64,000 nt of DNA from Candidatus Margulisiibacteriota bacterium (lineage in GTDB: Bacteria > Margulisbacteria > WOR-1 > O2-12-FULL-45-9). The notes beneath the pieces are model-generated. The model ran no database searches. It had not been told where the DNA came from and worked only from the letters and a program-made list of their open reading frames with translations. This document shows, in pieces, positions 1 to 9,750 of this stretch. Location of the stretch: assembly GCA_034723395.1 (NCBI GenBank), contig JAYEOW010000024.1, positions 1 to 64,000 on the forward strand, in the 5' to 3' direction. The first letter of the stretch is position 1. Each line of letters starts with the position of its first letter. Position numbers and translations under genes: made by a program.

Positions 1-101
1 GATACAGTTGTCTTTGCCATCGTATTGCCTCCTTTATTTTTAATCCCTGGTAATGATTTTACCAGTTTTGAGGCTTGCGATGGCTTTTTCTTTCCTGTCA
101 T
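1..101 (-). CDS. 5' part of a CDS running off the window edge (start at 101 or at in-frame ATG 20)
   Basis: ATG at 101 is in frame with ATG at 20, which has a GGAGG SD upstream; reads MTGKKKPSQ...MAKTTVS. Confidence 0.4.
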   Translation of the reverse strand, partial: MTGKKKPSQASKLVKSLPGIKNKGGNTMAKTTV

Positions 102-121
102 TTTGCACACCTTATTTTACG

Positions 122-352
122 TTATCTAATCCCGGTCGTAGTCGTCGAAGTTGTAGTAGAAGCTATAGTGGTTGATGTGGAAGTCGTTACGATAATTTCT
201 CTTTTTATGATAACCGGTCCTGTTGCTTTTTCCAGTCTGGTTTCTTTTTCAATTATTTTTATCGTGGTCAGATCTTTCGCATCATCAGCAGATAAAATAT
301 TCGCAGCAAAGAAAACAATTAGAACCGTTATAAATAACAGCTTAGGTTTCAT
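122..352 (-). CDS. small secreted hypothetical protein with Thr-rich tail
   Basis: Signal-peptide-like N-terminus MKPKLLFITVLIVFFAANILSA; C-terminal TTSTSTTIASTTTSTTTTG. Confidence 0.6.
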   Translation of the reverse strand: MKPKLLFITVLIVFFAANILSADDAKDLTTIKIIEKETRLEKATGPVIIKREIIVTTSTSTTIASTTTSTTTTGIR

Positions 353-364
353 AAAAAGAAGCGG

Positions 365-1093
365 TTATTTTACAATAACATCTTCATAAGGTTCGAGCTT
401 CACCTCTAAAATAGTGCCTGTTAATTCCGCCCAACTATTTGGCGAACTACAAGTGCGGACATCGAAACCTGCTACCGCATAGTATTGGCCTGCCGGCAAT
501 GCTACATTCGTTATAACTACTTTTTGATCAGGCCCTGTCTTCGTAATATCAAAGTACCTGATAATTTTCCCTTCCGGTATGGCAGGATAGTGTAAAAGAA
601 CAGATTGGTTATCCGAGGTTCTCCGGATATCAAGTGAAACCCATAAAGTGCTGGGCACATCAACTGATTGATCTAACGCGGAAACGCTATATTTTATAGA
701 TGCTTTGTATTTACTGCTGACAGATGTGTTTACGTCCCCGGTTCTAACCAAAAATCTTGCCAGATCGCTTGGCGGATCAACATTATCCCCCTGCGCCCTT
801 AACGAAGCCGTTCCAGTATTCAAATCATAGTTCAGCGTGGAATTACCTCTCTGTTCCGTTCCTACGCCCAAATATGCCCAAGCCGCAGCATAAGGCGGAG
901 TTACAATCGAGTTCCCTACCATGATCTTCGCAGGATATTTTACTCTAACATCCTTAAAAACCTTTCTATCCGGGATATTTTCGATCTTCCTGGAGGGAAC
1001 CACCTCAATTTTTCTGGTCGGAAGGGGAAGATCTCCATTTACCACCGGAACAAAAAACAAAACTAAAATAATCGTCCCAAGAAATTTTTTCAT
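365..1093 (-). CDS. secreted hypothetical protein
   Basis: Signal peptide MKKFLGTIILVLFFVPVVNG; three PxRKI/V repeats; own promoter and SD upstream. Confidence 0.75.
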   Translation of the reverse strand: MKKFLGTIILVLFFVPVVNGDLPLPTRKIEVVPSRKIENIPDRKVFKDVRVKYPAKIMVGNSIVTPPYAAAWAYLGVGTEQRGNSTLNYDLNTGTASLRAQGDNVDPPSDLARFLVRTGDVNTSVSSKYKASIKYSVSALDQSVDVPSTLWVSLDIRRTSDNQSVLLHYPAIPEGKIIRYFDITKTGPDQKVVITNVALPAGQYYAVAGFDVRTCSSPNSWAELTGTILEVKLEPYEDVIVK

Positions 1094-1133
1094 GCTTTTT
1101 ACCCCCCTGTTATAAACTCCTTAACCTGAACAA

Positions 1134-1161
1134 ATTGTAGCACTTCAGAGTGTTTTGTCAA
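1134..1161 (-). promoter_or_regulatory. sigma70/sigmaA-type promoter
   Basis: TTGACA-N16-TACAAT with TGn extended -10, upstream of 365..1093. Confidence 0.6.
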
Positions 1162-1167
1162 GATTTT

Positions 1168-2463
1168 CTAGGATAACCCTAATCTCTTAAATATCGTCTC
1201 AATGTTCCTTAGGTAATACCTGATGTCAAAAACTTTCTCGATCTCTTTTTCAGAGAGCTGTTTGCGCGCCTGTTTATCTTCGATGATCAACCCCTTTAAA
1301 TGCTTGCCCGATGTCCTCGCCTTCATCGCTGCCGCCTGAACAATCTGATAAGCCTTTTCACGGGTTAATCCTTTATCGATTAATGTCAACAATAATCTTT
1401 GTGAAAAGGTTAATCCTTGTGATTTTTCGATATTTTCCTTCATTTTGTTAGGAAAAACGACTAAATTATCGACAATATAAGACATCTTTTGCAGCATGTA
1501 ATCGACTAAAATAGTGCTGTCGGGAACAGTAATCCTTTCAGTAGATGAATGGCTGATGTCTCTTTCGTGCCAGAGAGCGACATTTTCTAATGCAACCATC
1601 GAATTTCCGCGCACTACCCTGGCTAATCCACAGATCCTTTCACAGGTGATCGGATTTTTCTTATGCGGCATCGCCGAAGAACCCTTTTGCCCTTTCTTAA
1701 ACGGCTCTTCAACCTCCCCGATCTCAGTCTTTTGCAAGCCGCGGACCTCGAGGGCGATCTTTTCCAGGGTCGCGGCAACGATCGCCAGCGCGGTCATATA
1801 TTCGGCGTGGCGGTCCCGTTGTAATACTTGCGAAGATATTGGCGATGAAATTAGGCCGAGTTTTTTACAGGCATATTGTTCAACCTTCGGATCAACATTA
1901 GAATAGGTCCCGACCGCGCCGGAAAATTGCCCGACATTGATCGCGGCTCTCGCCCGGAACATCCGTTCGAGGTTACGCTCCATCTCTTTCATCCAGAGGG
2001 CAAACTTTAATCCCATAGTCATCGGTTCGGCATGGACCCCGTGAGAACGGCCCATCATCACCGAATCCTGGTACTTTTTGGCCATTTTCTTGAGGATCTT
2101 TATAAAATTCTCGATATCTTTAATGATAATATCAGCGGCATCGCGCATAACCAGTGCAAGCGATGTATCGACAATATCAGAAGAGGTCAATCCCATATGG
2201 ATAAAACGGCTGTCGGGGCCTACATTCTCGGCAACATTGGTCAGGAAAGCAATGACATCATGATCAACCTTCCGCTCGATCTCATCGATCCGTCTAACGG
2301 AAAAATTGGCTTTACTTTTTATTTTTTTAAGCGAGGGTTGAGGTATTTTACCCAATTTCGTCCACGCTTCGCAGGCAGCAATTTCAACTTCAAGCCAGGT
2401 CTTGAATTTATGCTCTTCAGACCATATTTCTCTCATCTTCGGCAGCGTGTATCGGTTGATCAT
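1168..2463 (-). CDS. purB: adenylosuccinate lyase
   Basis: MINRY N-terminus, GRSHGVHAEP, fumarate-lyase signature GSSAMPHKKNP. Confidence 0.97.
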   Translation of the reverse strand: MINRYTLPKMREIWSEEHKFKTWLEVEIAACEAWTKLGKIPQPSLKKIKSKANFSVRRIDEIERKVDHDVIAFLTNVAENVGPDSRFIHMGLTSSDIVDTSLALVMRDAADIIIKDIENFIKILKKMAKKYQDSVMMGRSHGVHAEPMTMGLKFALWMKEMERNLERMFRARAAINVGQFSGAVGTYSNVDPKVEQYACKKLGLISSPISSQVLQRDRHAEYMTALAIVAATLEKIALEVRGLQKTEIGEVEEPFKKGQKGSSAMPHKKNPITCERICGLARVVRGNSMVALENVALWHERDISHSSTERITVPDSTILVDYMLQKMSYIVDNLVVFPNKMKENIEKSQGLTFSQRLLLTLIDKGLTREKAYQIVQAAAMKARTSGKHLKGLIIEDKQARKQLSEKEIEKVFDIRYYLRNIETIFKRLGLS

Positions 2464-2483
2464 CTTTTTTCCTCCAGCTATCT

Positions 2484-2510
2484 GCGGACAACCACAAGGG
2501 CTGTCCCCAC
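2484..2510. repeat. REP-like palindrome
   Basis: Minus strand GTGGGGACAGCCCTTGTGGTTGTCCGC, imperfect hairpin between ispG and purB. Confidence 0.5.
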
Positions 2511-2511
2511 A

Positions 2512-3579
2512 TTAATTAATTGCCATGCTCTCGATCTCATCCATCAGAGCATCGATCATTTCGCTTTCTGGAACTTTGCGAACAACCTGGCCTTCACGAA
2601 AGATCAATCCTACCCCTCTTCCACCAGCCAATCCAACGTCCGCATCGGCCGCTTCGCCCGGCCCATTAACCTCACACCCCATGATCGCGACGGTCAAGGG
2701 TTGTTTGATCCTGGCTGTTCTCTTCTCTATTTCACGGGCAATCGGAATAATGTCTATATCTGACCGCCCGCAGGTCGGACAGGAGATGATCGTTACTCCA
2801 TGGTAGGTTAGCTCCATCGATTTTAATATCTCATAAGCGATCCGGACCTCTTCTAAAGGATTATCGGTAAGGGATACACGAATTGTATCCCCTATCCCCA
2901 TCGAGAGGATCGCACCGATCCCCGCGGCAGAGCGGATCGAACCGACCTTGGTGATCCCCGCTTCGGTAATTCCGACATGTAACGGGTAACTAACTTTTTT
3001 TGAGATCATCTGGTAGGCTTTGATCGTCATTGGCACGCTGCTCGCCTTTAAAGAGAGGACAATATCGGTAAAATCGAGCTCCTCAAGCATCTCAATATTG
3101 TTCAAAGCGCTTTTTACCAGCCCCTCCGCGGTGACATGGCCTTGATATCGCTGCCGGATCCTCTTTTCCAGCGAACCGGAATTTACTCCGATCCGGATCG
3201 GGATTTTATGCGCCTTGGCGGCGTCAACTACCGCCTTTACCTTTTCTTTATCGCCGATATTTCCGGGATTGATCCTCAGCTTATCGACTCCGGCCTCAGC
3301 CGCCATTAAGGCATAAGTATGGTTGAAGTGAATATCAGCAACTAATGGAAGGTTGATCTGTTTCTTAATTTCTTTTAAAGCTTCGGCCGCCTCTTTATCC
3401 GGCACCGCGCAGCGGACGATCTGGCACCCCGCCTTTTCCAGTTCGCTGATCTGCTTGACCGTAGCGTCGATATCTGCGGTATTGGTCTTGGTCATGGATT
3501 GAACGGCGATGGGATTACCACCGCCGATCTCAAGCTTTCCGATCTTTATCTTTTTTGTATTATTTCGATTCGTCAACAT
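2512..3579 (-). CDS. ispG: (E)-4-hydroxy-3-methylbut-2-enyl-diphosphate synthase
   Basis: VQSMTKT, LVADIHF, RINPGNIG, SCPTCGR, GCEVNGPGE. Confidence 0.97.
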   Translation of the reverse strand: MLTNRNNTKKIKIGKLEIGGGNPIAVQSMTKTNTADIDATVKQISELEKAGCQIVRCAVPDKEAAEALKEIKKQINLPLVADIHFNHTYALMAAEAGVDKLRINPGNIGDKEKVKAVVDAAKAHKIPIRIGVNSGSLEKRIRQRYQGHVTAEGLVKSALNNIEMLEELDFTDIVLSLKASSVPMTIKAYQMISKKVSYPLHVGITEAGITKVGSIRSAAGIGAILSMGIGDTIRVSLTDNPLEEVRIAYEILKSMELTYHGVTIISCPTCGRSDIDIIPIAREIEKRTARIKQPLTVAIMGCEVNGPGEAADADVGLAGGRGVGLIFREGQVVRKVPESEMIDALMDEIESMAIN

Positions 3580-4099
3580 AAGCGCAGGCGATCGCTCCCA
3601 TGGCTATCGGACAGGTAAATAGATACCCAATTCTAAAGACATAATAGCCGAGGTTCCCAACCACTCCAGCAAGGATTATAAGAAGCAGATGTAACCAGAG
3701 ATTGTTTTTCCTGACCATCACTTTACTAGCGGCCATCCCGGCGCCGATTCCCATCCCTTTATCAAAGATGAACAACGCAGTGAACATCCACCAGCTCGCC
3801 CAGATAAATCCGGGGACGATCAAAAGGACCAAGCCGACCAAAACTAATATTGATATCCAGATTGAGCTGAAAAATAGGGCAAAAAAGCGTTTTATCGGAG
3901 AAAAAATGCTCATAAACTCGACCGGCTCTCCCTTTTTGGCTTTAACAAAGAGCATCATTACGCCGACAAAAAGCGGCATAGCTAATATCCCAAAGGTAAC
4001 CGCGCTAAGGATCATGGCCACCAGGGTGGCTAAGATAATAACCACAAAGTTCTTGATATAAATATTAAATGCGTCGGTGAATGATTTTACTATATCCAT
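3560..4099 (-). CDS. integral membrane hypothetical protein
   Basis: Several hydrophobic segments, LLIVPG motif; coupled to purC and ispG. Confidence 0.75.
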   Translation of the reverse strand: MDIVKSFTDAFNIYIKNFVVIILATLVAMILSAVTFGILAMPLFVGVMMLFVKAKKGEPVEFMSIFSPIKRFFALFFSSIWISILVLVGLVLLIVPGFIWASWWMFTALFIFDKGMGIGAGMAASKVMVRKNNLWLHLLLIILAGVVGNLGYYVFRIGYLFTCPIAMGAIACAYVDESK

Positions 4100-5016
4100 T
4101 ATAATTTCTCCTTACCTGTTATTTTTTTATAAGCATCCATGTACAAAGCGTGGGTCTTTTCTACCACCTCCTCAGATAATCTTGGAGCCGGCGGCTCCTT
4201 ATTCCATTTGATCGAAACCAGATAATCGCGGACGAACTGTTTATCAAAGCTTGGCTGTGGGCCTCCCGGATTATAACCATCTTTAGGCCAAAACCGTGAA
4301 GAATCTGGAGTCAATATTTCGTCGATCAGGATGATCTTGCCGTCCGATTTACCAAATTCGAACTTGGTATCGGCAATAATAATCCCCTTAGTATCAGCAT
4401 AATCGCGCGCCTTATTGTAGATATTCAGTGTAGTATCTCTCAAAATCGTCCCGTCCTCGGCCCCGATAATATCCATCATCTTCTTTTCGGAGATATTTTC
4501 ATCGTGGCCGGAGGCGGCCTTAGTGGCCGGGGTAAATATCGGCTCCGGTAGTTTATCCGATTCTTTTAACCCGGCAGGAAGTTTTATTCCGCAGACCGAA
4601 CCCGATTCCTGGTACTCTTTCCAGGCGGAACCGGATAGATATCCGCGAGCAACACATTCGATATCGATCGAATCGGTTTTTTTGGCCAGCATGGTCCGCT
4701 TATCCAGGACCTTTCTAATGTCATCGTTAATATTTATACCTGCCGGGAATTTGTAAACATCTGCAGAGATCAGATGGTTGTCGATAATATCCTTGGTCAG
4801 GTCAAACCAGAAAGCAGATATTTGGGTTAAGATCTTCCCTTTGTCTGGAATTCCGTTCGGCATTACCGAATCGTAAGCTGAAATTCGATCCGAGGCGACC
4901 AGGAGCAGCTTATCTCCAAGGTCAAAGACATTTCTTACTTTCCCCTTCTTGAACAGTTTGATCCCAGGAAGTTCAATATTTAATAAAACCTTAATATCTT
5001 CGATTTTATTTACCAT
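4099..5016 (-). CDS. purC: phosphoribosylaminoimidazole-succinocarboxamide (SAICAR) synthase
   Basis: [43 protein letters not shown]. Confidence 0.96.
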   Translation of the reverse strand: MVNKIEDIKVLLNIELPGIKLFKKGKVRNVFDLGDKLLLVASDRISAYDSVMPNGIPDKGKILTQISAFWFDLTKDIIDNHLISADVYKFPAGININDDIRKVLDKRTMLAKKTDSIDIECVARGYLSGSAWKEYQESGSVCGIKLPAGLKESDKLPEPIFTPATKAASGHDENISEKKMMDIIGAEDGTILRDTTLNIYNKARDYADTKGIIIADTKFEFGKSDGKIILIDEILTPDSSRFWPKDGYNPGGPQPSFDKQFVRDYLVSIKWNKEPPAPRLSEEVVEKTHALYMDAYKKITGKEKL

Positions 5017-5026
5017 AATAAATGAA

Positions 5027-5737
5027 TTATACCACTTTTTTAAATAATGTTAAGTATAAAAATTTAGGGAGAGCCAACTGTCTTTTCCACCTCTTAGGCT
5101 CACTAACTAATCGATAAAGCCATTCTATATATAGTTTCCGCGTCCACTTTGGAGCCCGTTTTTTACGTCCGGAGATCACATCCAGGCTTCCACCGATCAC
5201 CATGCAGACTGGAACATTTAGCCCTTGCAAATGCTTTTTGATCCACCTTTCTTGCCTCCCTGCCCCTAATCCGACGAATAAGATATCCGGTTTTGTATCC
5301 CTGATCCCTTTGATAACCTTTTGGTCATCGATAAAGTACCCATCCGTATTTCCCACTACATTAAGTCCCGGACATTTTTTGGTTAATTTTCCAGCCGCCT
5401 CAACAGCAACCCCCGGCTCTCCTCCCAAAAGATATATTTTAAAATTTGTCTCTTTACATATTTGAAGCATTAGGTCGATCCCTGAAACACGCTCTTTGAG
5501 CGGGTTTTTAAGCATGCGCGAGACAACAACCATACTTATCCCGTCCGGCACGCGAAGGTCGGCCGAATTGATAATCTCTTTTAATTCCGGATATTTCTGG
5601 GAAGCGACGATTATCTCCGGATTGGGGGTGACGATTAGATGCGGCTTCCCTGAGGCAACAAATTCCTTCACTTTGGAAACAGCGCCTTCCAGTGTTATAT
5701 TGTCTACTTCAATTCCCGCAAAATCAACTATACTCAT
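5027..5737 (-). CDS. WecG/TagA/CpsF family glycosyltransferase
   Basis: [34 protein letters not shown] motifs. Confidence 0.92.
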   Translation of the reverse strand: MSIVDFAGIEVDNITLEGAVSKVKEFVASGKPHLIVTPNPEIIVASQKYPELKEIINSADLRVPDGISMVVVSRMLKNPLKERVSGIDLMLQICKETNFKIYLLGGEPGVAVEAAGKLTKKCPGLNVVGNTDGYFIDDQKVIKGIRDTKPDILFVGLGAGRQERWIKKHLQGLNVPVCMVIGGSLDVISGRKKRAPKWTRKLYIEWLYRLVSEPKRWKRQLALPKFLYLTLFKKVV

Positions 5738-6753
5738 TCAATCCCTTCAACCACAGAAAAATTCTTTTGAGCCTTTTCCTGAAGCTCTTTTTTCTTGACG
5801 GCTAATTTTTGTTTAATACTTTCCCTATTTTTTATTATAGCTTCAAGTGCCGCTTTCATCCCTGCTGGATGATTAATGTCTACATATGGCTGTTCGATCT
5901 CTTTCATAAAGGCCTCAACCTTCGGGTCATAAGAGATGCCGAGCATAGGAGTAATGTTCAATGCGGCAAAGATCAGGGAATGGAGACGCATGCCGATCAC
6001 CAGGTCAAATTGAGAGAAGATCGACAGCATCTCCGACGGCATACAGTTTCTGAAGATAATATGTGACCCCTCTCTTAAATTGGATATTATCCGGTTTGAT
6101 TGCCCCATATCTTCCGGGGCCTGGAAAGGGACCAGTACCGGCGTATAATTATATTTTTCTGAAAGATAATCTATGATTTCAACAAATCTAACTGAGAATT
6201 CTTTCGGGAGAGTGCGGACTGCGATTCCCAGCAGAGGTTTTTCACCGAGTTTAACTCCTTCAAGCGTTAAAATAGTTTTCCCTATCTCAGGGTCTGGGAG
6301 ATTCAAAATGAATGTTGGATCGGCGGTTACTTCGATATCTGGACGCTTAACTCCCAGTTTTTGTATCTCACGGAATGAATCGTTGTCCCTTAGGGTGATG
6401 ATATTTACCCGGTCAAGAATAAGCTTTGCCAGAAGGCGATTTATCCTCCCTTTTAAGGGTCCGAACCCTTGAGCAATAATCATCACCCTGCGGCGGAGCA
6501 GTTTTGCCAGCAGAATAAGACCCAAATAATAGTAGAAGCTCCGGTTACTGGTCTTGTTTTGGAAAAGGGTCCCCCCTCCGCTTAAGAAGAGATCGCTGCG
6601 CAGTATTTCACGGACAATCTTAAAGAATGAATAGCGGATTTTTTTCTCGATGACGGTGAGTTCGTGATCCTTAAACCCCCGCCTGATCGCCCGCAGCACC
6701 GCCTCGTCACCGCAATTGCCGAATCCGTAGTAGCCGGAGATCAGGATCTTCAT
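5734..6753 (-). CDS. csaB: polysaccharide pyruvyl transferase
   Basis: ISGYYGFGNCGDEA, SGGGTLFQ, GMRLHSLIFA, ISYDPKV. Confidence 0.9.
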   Translation of the reverse strand: MKILISGYYGFGNCGDEAVLRAIRRGFKDHELTVIEKKIRYSFFKIVREILRSDLFLSGGGTLFQNKTSNRSFYYYLGLILLAKLLRRRVMIIAQGFGPLKGRINRLLAKLILDRVNIITLRDNDSFREIQKLGVKRPDIEVTADPTFILNLPDPEIGKTILTLEGVKLGEKPLLGIAVRTLPKEFSVRFVEIIDYLSEKYNYTPVLVPFQAPEDMGQSNRIISNLREGSHIIFRNCMPSEMLSIFSQFDLVIGMRLHSLIFAALNITPMLGISYDPKVEAFMKEIEQPYVDINHPAGMKAALEAIIKNRESIKQKLAVKKKELQEKAQKNFSVVEGIE

Positions 6754-8663
6754 TTTTTAATAACTTTATTTGCTATAAAGGCAACGATCGAGCCAAATAG
6801 AATTCCGAGCGCTAACCCATTTATAGTCCGGATCATCGAAACGATGATCGGGGTGTGGATATGCGAAAATGTATTGATCACCGAGATCGGCGCGATCGTT
6901 CCGATCGCCGCAACTACCCATAGCCATTTTGTTTTCCCTCTCATGAGCATCGTCGCTGCCAGGAACAGGAATGGCCAGCCAACCATGAATTCCTTCGTCC
7001 TCGGCCTGATAAAAAGGATCGTTTCCAAAAGATCACGGAAAGATTTTTCAAATCCAGGCACCGGGAGGACAAAATTACCGGAGCGGGCGACAAAAACCAG
7101 GAGAGCTCCCGCTGCAAACAATCCGCCAAGCAGCGCCGCCATTTTAACGTCGATATCGAGGAATGAACGGATCCGCTCTTTAAGGTTCCCCTTCCCCTGT
7201 TTTAAGATAAAATACGCGGCAACGATCATGATCGGCAGTAGCAGCGCGATCTTTACTCCAGTAAAGGTTTCTACGCCAAGAGTGAACCTGTAATCCGCGA
7301 GAACGCCGATCAGGAGAAAAACACCGATCAAGGTCTCGGCCAGGATATTGATGATCATTAAGACCGCCTTCCATACCGAAAATTCCGGTTTTTTAACAAA
7401 ATCAAAGTTTGAAACCACCGCTAAACTTGGAAAAGTTATCGCAGCCAGCAAGGCAAGTGATTTTTGGACCAGGGTCACGTATCCCGCTCCGCCTAACACG
7501 ACCATTCCGCAGATCGCGAGCGCAACGGCCAGCAGCATCAATAGAATATGGACAGTTATAAAATAGTTAACTAAAAACAGTGCGCCAACAACGATCGCGG
7601 CGCCGAGGACAACGATTTGCCAGCCAGCTACCCTGAACTGACTGGTAAGCTCTGCTTTTCCGAGAACAAACCCGGCTCTTTCAAGTTCCGATTTTAACAT
7701 CGAAAAATAATCGAGGTTATAAGCGACCGGATAAGCCTCGACTTGCGGAGGTAAAAAAGGCCTTAGATAAATCAATCGGACCTTTCTTTCTCTCGCGGCA
7801 CGGACGAATCGTTTGATGACCGCCGCACGCTTTAGCTTCTTTAGCTCCTCCTTGGGAACGCTGTGGACCCGGAGGACCTCTCTATCCATCATTTTTTTTA
7901 GCGCCCTATCTCCATCTTGTTTGACGATCTCAATATATCCGTATCGGACCTTGTTCTCTCTTAATGCGTCCGCGGTAATTTTCAGATGGTCCGGATAGCC
8001 GAGGATCTCTTCTCCGTCGAAAATTATCGTGTCGAATTCTTTAAGCGCGGCGAGCTTTTGCCTGATATTCCGGTTATTATAGCGAGGGTCATTCCACACT
8101 CTCGGAATGATGCGGAATCCTTTCTTGTAAAGGAATTTTTTCTGTAAGCCGGAAATACCGAGACCGATATCCCTAATCTCTTCTTCATATTCGTTCGCTT
8201 CCAGGATATTACCCTTAAAATAATTCACATTGTTATACCCGAGAATGAGTTTTAATTGGTCATTGATCCGTTTTCTCGCTTCATCCAAAGGGGCATAGAT
8301 ATAAGTGCGCTGATTATCGATCAACCCTTTCTTTCCCAGTTGGCAGTAAAGCGGATTTAATTTAACCCGCATCACTCCCGGACCGCTGGCATAATAGATC
8401 TCACCAAGAGAATTGGCATCCGGCAGTGTCTCTTCAAAAACTGCGATCGAGCTGATCCCTCTTTCTTGGACCTGGTCAAGGATCGGTCCTAGCGCCCTCC
8501 CTTCGTAGGCGGCCATCTTTTTTAGATCGTTAAGATCGACACAGAGTTCAACGGTTCGATCCTGCAACTCTCCAAAATAGCGGGCGTAACCGAGAAAAGC
8601 TCCCAGCAAAACTCCGATCGTTAGGATAAAGATCAATAATCCTTTTCCAGTATTTCTTAACAT
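6750..8663 (-). CDS. DUF5693-like membrane protein
   Basis: RAARERKVR, FTGVKIAL, RPRTKEF, NTFSHIHTP; typical csaB neighbour. Confidence 0.75.
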   Translation of the reverse strand: MLRNTGKGLLIFILTIGVLLGAFLGYARYFGELQDRTVELCVDLNDLKKMAAYEGRALGPILDQVQERGISSIAVFEETLPDANSLGEIYYASGPGVMRVKLNPLYCQLGKKGLIDNQRTYIYAPLDEARKRINDQLKLILGYNNVNYFKGNILEANEYEEEIRDIGLGISGLQKKFLYKKGFRIIPRVWNDPRYNNRNIRQKLAALKEFDTIIFDGEEILGYPDHLKITADALRENKVRYGYIEIVKQDGDRALKKMMDREVLRVHSVPKEELKKLKRAAVIKRFVRAARERKVRLIYLRPFLPPQVEAYPVAYNLDYFSMLKSELERAGFVLGKAELTSQFRVAGWQIVVLGAAIVVGALFLVNYFITVHILLMLLAVALAICGMVVLGGAGYVTLVQKSLALLAAITFPSLAVVSNFDFVKKPEFSVWKAVLMIINILAETLIGVFLLIGVLADYRFTLGVETFTGVKIALLLPIMIVAAYFILKQGKGNLKERIRSFLDIDVKMAALLGGLFAAGALLVFVARSGNFVLPVPGFEKSFRDLLETILFIRPRTKEFMVGWPFLFLAATMLMRGKTKWLWVVAAIGTIAPISVINTFSHIHTPIIVSMIRTINGLALGILFGSIVAFIANKVIKK

Positions 8664-8664
8664 C

Positions 8665-9750
8665 TTACTTGCCCCTCCTTAATGCAGCCTCGATGAACTC
8701 GTCCAGATCGCCATCGATCACTCTTTGTACATTGCCGACATCGACACCATAACGGTGATCTTTTACCATTGTATAGGGATGGAAGACATAAGAGCGGATC
8801 TGGCTCCCCCACTCGATCTTTTTCTTCTCCCCGCGGAGTTCTTCGATCTTCTCCTTCCGCTGTTCTAACATCATCTCGTATAAACGCGCTTTCAATATCC
8901 GCATTGCCGAATCACGATTTAGATGCTGGGAGCGGTCAGATTGGCTCTGCGCGACGATACCGGTCGGAATATGGGTTATTCGTATCGCTGAATCGGTTTT
9001 ATTCACATGCTGCCCGCCGGGCCCTGAAGCTCGATAGGTATCGATCCGCAAATCGCTTGGATCAATATCAACATCAACATCTTCGGTTATTTCGGGGATC
9101 ACCTCAACCGCAGTAAATGATGTGTGCCGCTTCCCTTCGGATGAAAATGGGGAGATCCTGACCAGCCGATGGATCCCGCTCTCATTTTTTAAATAGCCAA
9201 AAGCGTAAGGACCGGAAATCATCAAGGTTACACTCTTTAATCCCGCTTCGTCACCGTAGGATACTTCGGGCATCTCCACCTTGTAATCTCTCGCCTCCGA
9301 CCAACGGGTATACATTCTAAGCAAGATCTGCGCCCAATCCTGCGCATCTGTCCCGCCGGCGCCGGCGTTGATCGATAAGATCGCGTTATTTTTATCATAT
9401 GGCCCGCCAAGCAGGGCGGCAAGTTCGAGCTTGGAAGCTTTTTTCTTGAGCTCCTGCAGTTCGATCTCCATCTCTTTTAGATCTTCATCTTTGGCCATTT
9501 CGATCAGGGTAGAAAGGTCCTCAACCCCGTTCTTAAGCTCTTCAAAGCTGTTTAGCTCCCGCTCAAGTATCTTCTTGTCCTGCAGAAGTTTCTTTGCGCG
9601 TTCGCCATTCTCCCAAAGTTTGGGGTCGGAAGCCTCCTGATCGAGTTTTCCGAGCTCTTTTTTCTTATTTTCAATCTTTAAGATCGATCCGAGCTCGTCA
9701 CCCTTCTGTTTTAACGTATTTATTTCTGATCTTATTTCGTCAAGCAGCAT
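8665..9750 (-). CDS. prfB: peptide chain release factor 2
   Basis: SPF recognition motif, GGQ motif, WGSQIRSYV; downstream of secA. Confidence 0.96.
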   Translation of the reverse strand: MLLDEIRSEINTLKQKGDELGSILKIENKKKELGKLDQEASDPKLWENGERAKKLLQDKKILERELNSFEELKNGVEDLSTLIEMAKDEDLKEMEIELQELKKKASKLELAALLGGPYDKNNAILSINAGAGGTDAQDWAQILLRMYTRWSEARDYKVEMPEVSYGDEAGLKSVTLMISGPYAFGYLKNESGIHRLVRISPFSSEGKRHTSFTAVEVIPEITEDVDVDIDPSDLRIDTYRASGPGGQHVNKTDSAIRITHIPTGIVAQSQSDRSQHLNRDSAMRILKARLYEMMLEQRKEKIEELRGEKKKIEWGSQIRSYVFHPYTMVKDHRYGVDVGNVQRVIDGDLDEFIEAALRRGK

